Positions 19,532-28,529 of a stretch of 28,529 nucleotides of DNA are shown here, one piece after another. The notes under the pieces were generated by a model, which saw nothing but the letters and a program-made list of their open reading frames with translations, was not told where the DNA came from and ran no database searches. The position numbers and the translations under genes were made by a program. The stretch's first letter is position 1, and each line of letters opens with the position of its first letter. The stretch is from Octopus sinensis. Taxonomy: Eukaryota. The DNA lies in contig NW_021833483.1 of the NCBI RefSeq assembly GCF_006345805.1, positions 1 through 28,529 of the forward strand, read 5' to 3'.

Positions 19532-19782
19532 TATATATATATATATATTTATATATATACACACACACACAGATGTATACATTTGTATGCAACACGGAAT
19601 TTTGTCAGTGAACAGGTTGCAGTCTCAAAGCGACGAACATATTTTGACGAATTAAATTTAAATGTGAATCTAACGGTTTTTGTGCGTTTCTTAAATGGCT
19701 TATAAACACCTTCCACGCTTGTTTTAGCACACGATGTAAGATCAGGTCACATGCTATGCAAGTACATCTCCGTTATATATAT

Positions 19783-19832
<50 letters not shown>

Positions 19833-19847
19833 GTGTGTGTGTATGTA

Positions 19848-20237
19848 GGCGCCAGCGTGGCTGTGTTGTAAAAAATTTGCTTCCCAACCACATGGTTCCG
19901 GGTTCAGTCCCACTGCGTGGCACCTTGGGCAAGTTTTTTCTACTATAGCCTGGGGCCGACCAAAGCCTTGTGAGTGGATTTGGTAGACGGAAACTGAAAG
20001 AAGCCCGTCGTATGTATATCTGTGTTTGTGTTTGCCCCCCACCCATCACCGCTTGACAACCGGTGTTGGTGTGTTTACGTCCCCGTAACCGAGTGGTTCG
20101 GAAAAAGACATCGATGGAATAAAGTCTTAGGCTTCAAAAATAAGTCCTACGGTACGATTTCTTCGACTAAAATACTTCCATGCGGTGCTCCAGCGTGGCC
20201 GCAGTCAAACGACTCAAATAAGTGAAAGAAAAAAGAA
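19848..20237 (+). mobile_element. SINE family A, full length, diverged
   Basis: Head, short internal tract and tail. Confidence 0.85.
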
Positions 20238-20270
20238 TAGCAGAATTATAATATATATATATATTATATA

Positions 20271-20399
20271 GGCACAGGAGTGTTTAGGTCCCCGTCACTT
20301 AGCGGTTCGGCAAAAAGAGACCGATAGAATAAGTACTAAACGTGGTGCTCCAGCATGGCCGCAGTCAAATGACTGAAACAACTAAGAGTAAAAAGAGGG
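20271..20399 (+). mobile_element. SINE family A deletion derivative (first bases of the head fused to the tail)
   Basis: GGCACAGGAGTG joined to TTTAGGTCCCCGTCACTTAGCGG...AAGAGTAAAAAGAG. Confidence 0.7.
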
Positions 20400-21660
20400 A
20401 GTATATGTGTGTGTGTGTATGTATATACATGTGTATATGTATGTATGTACGTAAATGTATGTTTTTGTGTGTATATATGTGTCTATGTATATATGCATGT
20501 GTGTACGTATATGTATGCATGAATGTATATGTATGTGTATATGTATGTATTTATGTATGTGTGTATTATTGTGTAGATTTATGTATATATCTGTATGTAT
20601 GTGTTATTGTATGTATGTTTGTTATAGTATGTATGTATTATGTATGTTATTGTATGTGTGTATATATATATGTATTTATGCATATATGTATGTATGTATA
20701 TACATGCGTGTATTTATGTATATATCTATGTATATATGTGTGTATCTATATATGTATATGTGAATTTATGTATATATGCATGTGTGTATGTATATATACG
20801 TATGTGTGAATTTATGTATATATGTATGTGTGTATGTATCTATATATGTATGTGTGAATTTATGTATATATGCATGTGTGTATGTATATATACGTATGTG
20901 TGTATTTATGTATATATGTATGTGTGTATGTATCTATATATGTATGTGTGAATTTATGTATATATGCATGTGTGTATGTATATATACGTATGTGTGTATT
21001 TATGTATATATGTATGTGTGTATGTATCTATATATGTATGTGTGAATTTATGTATATATGCATGTGTGTATGTATATATACGTATGTGTGAATTTATGTA
21101 TATATGTATGTGTGTATGTATCTATATATGTATGTGTGAATTTATGTATATATGTATGTGTGAATTTATGTATATATGCATGTGTGTAATGTATATATAC
21201 GTATGTGTGAATTTATGTATATATGTATGTGTGTATGTATCTATATATGTATGTGTGAATTTATGTATATATGCATGTGTGTATGTATATATACGTATGT
21301 GTGAATTTATGTATATATGTATGTGTGTATGTATCTATATATGTATGTGTGAATTTATGTATATATGCATGTGTGTATGTATATATACGTATGTGTGTAT
21401 TTATGTATGTGTGTATTTATGTCTATGTATGTATTTATGCATATCTATATATGTGTATTTATGTATATATGTATGTGTGTATATATGTATTTATGTATTT
21501 GTATGTGTATATGTAGGTATATATATATATTATATATATATATATATACACATATGCATGTATTAGCATTATGTATGTGTGTGTATCTATGTGTATACTA
21601 TGTATGTATATGTATATGTATATGTATATGTCTGTGTATATATGTAGGCATGTATATTGG
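20400..21660. repeat. Complex (TATG/TG/TA)n tract with a 94-bp higher-order repeat at about 20755-21410
   Basis: The same CATGTGTGTATGTATATATACG block recurs at 94-bp spacing (ORF starts 20776, 20870, 20964; 21271, 21365). Confidence 0.9.
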
Positions 21661-21992
21661 CCGTATCCTTACTATCTGACGTTTCAATTAACACAGCTCG
21701 TATGACAAAGAGCTTACAAGACAACAAATCCTAATTTAGAGCACGAGGTCAAAGGTCGGCAGTGATCACCTCCTACGCCCTCCCCCCCTCGTCTATGGTG
21801 TCCCTCAATTGCCACCTGTCACCCCAACCTCCACCCTGGCCCTTATCTATGTTAATCTATCAGTAAAATATAATTGTTTTTATTGCTTCAATTACTTCCT
21901 GGTTTTATCTGATTAATATTTATATATGTATGTATATATGCATGGACATAGGTGTATTTCTGGTGTGTGTGTGTATTGATATACATACATAC

Positions 21993-22027
<35 letters not shown>

Positions 22028-22091
22028 CGCATATAGGCACACATGTACGTACAAGAATTGTGGTGTAGCTAAATTTCTTTGGGAATATTAT

Positions 22092-22243
22092 GTGGCTGTG
22101 TGGTAAGAAGCTTGCTTACTAAGCACATGGTTCCGGGTTCAGTCCCACTGCGTGACACCTTGGGAGCTGTCTTCGACTATAGCCTCGGACCGACCAATGC
22201 CTTGTGAGTGGATTTGGTAGACGGAAACTGAAAGAAGCCCGTC
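22092..22243 (+). mobile_element. SINE family A head
   Basis: Aligns with the family A head. Confidence 0.85.
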
Positions 22244-22483
22244 TTATCCATCCATCCATCCACCTATCCACCTATCTACCTATCTATCTATCTACCTATC
22301 TATCTATCTACCTATCTATCTATCTACCTATCTATCTATCTACCTATCTATCTATCTACCTATCTATCTATCTACCTATCTATCTACCTATCTATCTATC
22401 TACCTATATATCTATCTACCTATCTACCTATCTATCTCTCTTTCTATGTCTATCTATCCATCCATCCATCTACCTATCTCTCC

Positions 22484-22524
<41 letters not shown>

Positions 22525-23215
22525 CCTAACCATCTATCAATCTACCTAACCATCTATCTATCTACCTATCTATCCATTTACCTATCTATCCATCTACCTA
22601 TCTATCCATCTACCTATCTATCCATCTACCTATCTATCTATCTATTTATCCATCTACCTATCTATCTATCTATCTATCTATCTACCTATCTACCTATCTA
22701 TCTACCTATCTACCTATCTATCTACCTATCTACCTATCTATCTACCTATCTATCTATCTATCTATCTACCTATCTATCTCTCTTTCTATGTCTATCTATC
22801 CATCCATCCATCTACCTATCTCTCCATCTATCTATCTATCTCTCCATCTATCTATCTATCTATCTATCTCTCCATCTATGTATCTATCTATCCATCCATC
22901 CATCTATATATCTATCCATCCATCCATCTATATATCTATCCACCCATCCATCTATGTATCTATCTATCCATCCATCTATATATCTATCCATCCATCCATC
23001 TATATATCTATCCACCCATCCATATATGTATCTATCCATCCATCTATCTATATATCTATCCATCCATCCATCTACCTATATATCTATCCATCCATCCATC
23101 TACGTATCTATCTATCCATCTATCTATACATCTATCCATCCATCCATGTATCTATCTGTCCATCCATCTATCTTATGTATCTATCTATCCATCTATCTAT
23201 CTATCTATCCAGATA
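22244..23215. repeat. About 1-kb (TCTA/TCCA/CCTA)n tetranucleotide tract
   Basis: Direct reading; explains ORFs 22204..23220 and 22788..23228. Confidence 0.95.
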
Positions 23216-23229
23216 TTTAGATAGATGAG

Positions 23230-23950
23230 TCTCCATGTGCGTGTGTCATTGGGCAAGTAAGAACCGGTGCATGTGACACCACTTGATAGCCGGCGTTGGT
23301 TTGTTTATATCCCTTTGACCTAGCGGGTCAGCAAAATAGTCCGATAGTATAAGTACCTGCGTTAAAAAAAAAAAGAAAGTAGTGGGTTCGATTCATTCAA
23401 GGCGGTGCCCCAGTATTGCCGCAGTCCAATGACCGAAACAAAGGACATATATACATACATACTGATGTCTATATTAACTTTATATACACGTGTGTGTGTG
23501 TGTGTGTGTGTGTGTGACTTTGTGTCTGTTTGTCCGCCCACTGTCGCATGATAATCGGTGTGGGTGTGTTTACGTTCCCTTCAACTAGCGGTTCGGCAAA
23601 AGCGACTGACAGAATACTCTTTTACCTTGTTTCAGTCATTTGACTGCGGCCATGCTGGAGCACCGCCTTTAGTGGAGCAAATCGACCCCCCCCCCCCCGA
23701 CTTTTTCTTTGGAAGCCAAGTACTTATTCTATCGGTCTCTTTTGCCGAACCGCTAAGTGACGGGGACGTAAACACACCAGCATCGGTTGTCAAGCGTACT
23801 TGCCCAATGTGCCACACAGTAGCAGGCTTTAAGAAAAAAACAAAAAAAAACAAGCTAGAAGTACCGGGCTCGATTCTTTCAACTAAAATTTCTCACTGTG
23901 ATGCCCCAGCATGGCCATAGTCTAATCACTAAAACAAGTACAACAAAAAG
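23230..23950. mobile_element. Nest of SINE family A tail pieces (old + tails at 23290-23445, 23520-23610 and about 23820-23945; younger - tail at 23616-23795)
   Basis: Homology to the tail at 2470-2673 in both orientations. Confidence 0.7.
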
Positions 23951-23964
23951 AAAGAAAGAAAAAC

Positions 23965-24084
23965 CAGGAGTGGCTGTGTGGTAAGTAGCTTGCTAACCAA
24001 CCACATGGTTCCGGGTTCATCCCCGGCCCGACCAATGCCTTGTGAGTGGATTTGGTAGATGGAAACTGAAAGAAGCCTGTCGTA

Positions 24085-24139
<55 letters not shown>

Positions 24140-24543
24140 GCGCGAGGAGTGGCTGTATGGTAAGTAGCTTGTTTACCAACCACATTGTTCCGGGTTCAGT
24201 CCCACTGCGTGGCATCTTGGGTAAGTGTCTTCTACTATAGCCTCAGGCCGACCAAAGCCTTGTGTGTGGATTTGGTGGACGGAAACTGAAAGAAGCCCGT
24301 CGTATATGTATATATGTGTGTTGTGTGTGTGTGTGTTTGTCCCCCTAGCATTGCTTGACAACCGATGCTGGTGTGTTTACGTCGCCGTCACTTAGCGGTT
24401 CGGCAAAAAAAGAGACCGATAGAATTTGTACTGGGCTTACAAAAAAGAATAAGTCCCGGGGGTCGATTTGCTCTCGACTAAAAAGGCTGTGCTCCAGCAT
24501 GGCCGCAGTCAAGTGACTGAAACAAGTAAAAGAGTAAAAGAGA
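23965..24543 (+). mobile_element. SINE family A: deleted head (23965-24084), (TA)n, full-length copy (24145-24543)
   Basis: Same head-(TA)n-head-tail layout as 2055-2673. Confidence 0.9.
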
Positions 24544-25120
24544 TTTCAATACAAGAAGAAAAAAAACGGAAGAAAAAAAACGCACGAGGAAACGAATTTT
24601 TCGTCGGTTACGAACAGCGATGAGTTTATTGTTTTAAACGATGTATTATTATCAATTTCCCCTTCTCTATCTCACATCTGGGTCTTGTAAGCGCGGATAG
24701 ATTCAACTCCCTTCATTTCCAAACTTTATTTTCGTGTGTCGTCTGCTAGTTATTCAGTTTGGCGCGCAATTGTCTCTCCATCAGATAAGAAGATAGCGGA
24801 CATATTTTACAACAGATATATGTGTTAAAATCACGCCATCGCCGAGCTGGCTTGTTTTATTTTTACGTTTTCACAAACCCTCAGGGTATCCATAAATCAT
24901 CCACGTCTCTCGCCTTTTACGTGTGAACCTGTACTCTTTTTTTTTATTGCCTTCGTTTCAATCATTTGGCTGCGGCCATGCTGGGGCACAGTATGTCATG
25001 TTGAACAGCAGTCCACAACCAATTTTATGGCATGGCCATCCATGATAATTTTTCCACGGACGCAAAAAGCTACCACGGACATAACAAACCACAGTAAAGG
25101 GCTTAATAAATATATATATA

Positions 25121-25464
25121 GGGTAAAGACCCCCTTCGGTCATGAATGACCATGGGATTGCACCTAGAAAGTTACCCTCCTAGACACAAGTCCGGGCAAG
25201 GTTGTTTATGGAAGGCCAGCAGTCGCCCATGCATACCAGCCTCCCCTCTCCACGCCACCAGTGTTGTCCAAGGGAAAGACAAAGGTCGATGATAAAGCTT
25301 GGCACCAGTGACGTCGCAACTCATTTCTACAGCTGAGTGAACTGGAGCAACGTTAATAAAGTGCCTTGCTCGAGAACACAACACGCAGCCCGGTCCGGGA
25401 TTCGAGCTCACAACCTCACGATCGTAAGCTCGACGCTCTAACCACTGAGCCATGCGCCTTCACT
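25121..25464 (-). mobile_element. SINE family C, full length, inserted in (TA)n
   Basis: Minus GGCGCATGGCTCAGTGGTTAGAGCG...GAGCTCGAATCCC (A and B boxes); colinear with 12882-13880. Confidence 0.9.
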
Positions 25465-25557
25465 TATATATATATATATATATATAATATATTATATATA
25501 ATATATATCTATATATATCTATATATATATATATATATCTATATATATATATATATA

Positions 25558-25620
<63 letters not shown>
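25465..25620. repeat. (TA)n microsatellite
   Basis: Direct reading. Confidence 0.95.
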
Positions 25621-25834
25621 CTATTATATATGAATAATATAGTATGAACGATATAATTAACAAATATTCCTTTATTTTCGACATATTTATCCACACGATA
25701 AGCAATATGATCTCTGCCCTAGGCATTAGCTTCAACCGTGTTTTTTTTTCTTCTGCGTGAATTGCTACCACAGTATCGGTTAACCGAATATCTATAATAA
25801 ATAATCATTCAACTACTCAAATATATATATAATA

Positions 25835-26030
25835 TACTCTTTTACCTGTTTCAGTCATTTGACTGTGGCCATGCTGGAGCACCGCCTTTTAGTCGAGCAA
25901 ATCTTTGTAAGCCTAGTACTTATTCTATCGGTCTCTTTTGCCGAACCACTAAGATACGGGGACGTAAACACACCAGCATCGGTTGCCAAGCGATGCTGGG
26001 AGGACAAACAGACACACAAACATACACACA
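25835..26030 (-). mobile_element. SINE family A tail
   Basis: Reverse complement of the family A tail, followed by (CA)n(TA)n. Confidence 0.85.
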
Positions 26031-26090
26031 CACACACACACACAGACACACACACACACACACCTATATATATATATATATATATATATA

Positions 26091-26310
26091 ATTATTACAT
26101 TATATAAAGGGCTTAGTAAAATAATTACTTTGCCGCATACTGAACTCATTAGAAATAGCATTTGCTATTTCTAATGAGTTCAGTATGCGGCAAAGTAATT
26201 TATTTCTAAGCCCTTTTATATAATGTAATAATTTGAATTCGCCTTAAATGGTCCCTTTGCAAACTGAATACTTGGTGAAATTGATTAATTAATTAATTTT
26301 ACCCTCAATT
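26091..26310. mobile_element. Foldback copy of the 467-1149 family
   Basis: 26163-26310 aligns with about 548-705; 26091-26160 is its inverted copy. Confidence 0.75.
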
Positions 26311-26321
26311 GTTGAAATATA

Positions 26322-26357
<36 letters not shown>

Positions 26358-26372
26358 CATAAATACACATAT

Positions 26373-26536
26373 ACAACGGGCTTCTTCTAGTTTCCATTTA
26401 CCAATTCCACTCACAAGGCTTTGGTCGGTCCGAGGCTATAGTAGAAGACACTTGCCCAAGGTGCCACACAGTGGGACTGAACCCGCGACCATGTGGTCAG
26501 TAAGCAAGCTACTTACCACACAGCCACACCTGCGCC
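26373..26536 (-). mobile_element. SINE family A head
   Basis: Reverse complement of the family A head. Confidence 0.85.
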
Positions 26537-26549
26537 TCTCTCTATATAT

Positions 26550-26918
26550 ATTCTTTTATTCTTTTACTTGTTTCGGTCATTTGACTGCGGCCATGTTGGA
26601 GCACCGTCTTAAATGGTCTTTTAGTCGAAGAAATCGACCCGAGGACTATATTCTTTGTAAGCCTTAGTACTCATTCTGTCGGTCTCTTTTGCCGAACTGC
26701 TAAGTTACAGGGATGTAAACGCACCAATATTATTAGCTTTTTAGCGATGGTAACGCGATGGGGAGCAAACATAGACACACTCACACACACACATAAATAC
26801 AAGGGCTTCATTCAGTTTCCGTTTACCAAATCTGACATTTGCCCAAGGTGCCATGCTGTGGGACTGAACCTGGAACCATGTGGTTGCGTAGCAAGCGTCT
26901 TACCACACAGCCATGCTG
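26550..26918 (-). mobile_element. SINE family A, diverged full-length copy with a deletion in the head
   Basis: Tail 26550-26770, short CA tract, head 26796-26918. Confidence 0.75.
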
Positions 26919-27139
26919 GTCCTTCCCTTTATTTCTCTAAGACCACATTCAGTCACTAGGCTACGGCCATGCTGGATCACTTGCTCTGAATGGATTTTAG
27001 TCGATTTAATCAATTCACTGCCACCACCACCATCATCATCACCATCAAGAACAAGTCTGCTTTCTGTTATTTCATTTATTGCTTTTACCAATAAACCAAG
27101 TTAAGTAAAAGGTAGACACACAGACAGAAATATGGATGG

Positions 27140-27191
27140 ATAAATATATATACACACGCACACACATATATACACACACACACACGCACAC

Positions 27192-27223
<32 letters not shown>

Positions 27224-27645
27224 CACACACACCACACACACATATATATTATTATATTATATATTATATTATATATATTATATTATATATATATTATATT
27301 ATATATTATATTATATTATATATATATTATATTCTATATATATTATATTATATATATTATATTATATCATATTATTAATATTATATTATATCATATTATA
27401 TATATATTATATTATATCATATTATATATATATTATATTATATCTTTATATATATATATATATCATATTATATATTATATATTATATATATTATATTAAT
27501 TACATATTATATCATATTATATATATATTATATTATATTATAGTATATTATATCATATTATATTATATATATATGATATTATTCATATTATATTATATTA
27601 TATTTCTATTTTTATTATATTTTATTATATTATATTATATACATC
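27140..27645. repeat. (CA)n followed by a degenerate (TA/TTA)n tract
   Basis: Direct reading. Confidence 0.95.
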
Positions 27646-27818
27646 TATTGGATTGGCAACTAAGTTTCTTTAAATTTTGGAATTTATTGCGTTTTTAAAT
27701 TTTGGAATACAGTTTTTTTTTCAAGAATTCTATCTTTGAATCATTTTGGAATCGATTTTGTTTTTTTTTTTTTTTCTAGTTAATTATAATTAATTTTTGT
27801 TTATTTCAGATCATTAAA

Positions 27819-27963
27819 ATGGGATGTCAAGTTAAAAAACGAGCATTTTCAACACCTGCTTCTTTTTGAGTGAAAACCTTTTAATCAAGGTTCATAGGCT
27901 GCGAAAGCTGCTCGCTACATTTGTGCTGTGTATGGAGTGGGTGCCATAGCTGAAAGAACTGCA
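27819..27963 (+). pseudogene. Decayed mariner-type transposase N-terminal fragment
   Basis: With a frameshift and stops it reads MGCQVKK/NEHFQHLLLF..FNQGS*AAKAARYICAVYGVGAIAERTA, matching the mariner HTH motif (A.EAAR.IC.VYG.GA...RT). Confidence 0.75.
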
Positions 27964-28119
27964 CCCAACACCAGAGCAGAAGATACCTCCGGTAGAGGAA
28001 TAGGGGCCAAAAGCGGACATGGTTCCTCCTGATGATGTCTTGAGCTAGCTGGATCCTATAAAGGAGCTGTTGTGGTAGCAGACCACAAAACACGGTTGTA
28101 ATTCCTCAGTATATATGAG

Positions 28120-28206
28120 AGGATTCTTTTAGTTTCCATTTACCAAGTTCACCAATCTGGGGCTAAAGTAGATGCTTGCCTAGGGTGCTAAGCAGTGGGA
28201 CTGAAC
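28120..28206 (-). mobile_element. Old SINE family A head remnant
   Basis: TTCTTTTAGTTTCCATTTACCAA ... GCAGTGGGACTGAACC. Confidence 0.55.
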
Positions 28207-28529
28207 CACCCAACACCAGATCTGAAGACACCTCCGAAAGGTGGGGCTCCCCACCACTCCACTGCTCTTGAAATTCCTCTATCTGCAAAGGACATCCAAA
28301 CAGATCCCTAATTTGGGAGAGTAAACAAACAGAGATACGTAAAACCTTTTTCCGTGATTGTTATTGATCTTCAGCTAGGATAGGTTTAAATATCTCATTT
28401 TTTCACTCTATTTCTGTGGTTTGGGTTTCAAATCCTTCCCAGTCTAAAAGTAATTTTTTTTTTTATTAACTGAAATAAATTTAAATATCTTTATTTTCCC
28501 TTTAACATTGTTGCTGCTTTGTCTGTTAA

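Noticed and set aside
20342-23228. Long MYVC-, IYLS- and HTHT-type ORFs here and at 11264-12924 and 16475-16950
   Set aside because: They are translations of microsatellites.
25005-25070. Charlie/MER1-like hAT 5' end (AATTTTTCCACGGAC)
   Set aside because: Too short and degenerate; no matching TIR or TSD.
25385-25458. Functional tRNA gene (also 12882-12955)
   Set aside because: The acceptor and anticodon stems do not pair properly and the sequence continues into a SINE body present twice in the window.
27962-28240. Repeated CACCCAACACCAGA...GAAGA.ACCTCCG at about 27962 and 28208 as a TSD or LTR
   Set aside because: Similarity is limited to about 30 bp with mismatches and the flanks do not define an element; probably two fragments of one old repeat.

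Overview
AT-rich eukaryotic DNA made almost entirely of repeats. I found no host protein-coding gene, tRNA/rRNA gene or CRISPR array that I can support, and nearly all ORFs in the track are translations of microsatellites or SINEs. The SINE families, LINE fragments and very dense microsatellites look like a coleoid cephalopod (Octopus-like) genome; this is recognition by eye, not a database result. Content: three tRNA-derived SINE families (called A, B and C here, about 30 pieces), decayed LINE fragments (two RLE-type Dong/R4-like, two RTE-like, two L1/Tx1-like), Penelope-like pieces, hAT and Tc1/mariner derivatives, several long foldback palindromes, and micro/minisatellites. Most interesting: (1) a minimal type-I hammerhead ribozyme fold next to a tRNA-like Pol III head at 5350-5395, with a second, core-mutated hammerhead-like motif at 16389-16426; (2) SINE-B multimers with a fixed palindromic junction inside one target-site duplication; (3) a two-MITE hAT composite enclosed by one 8-bp TSD; (4) a 70-bp stem capped by two symmetric mini-hairpins (Y/T shape). 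All structures were folded and aligned by hand, and novelty is untested.
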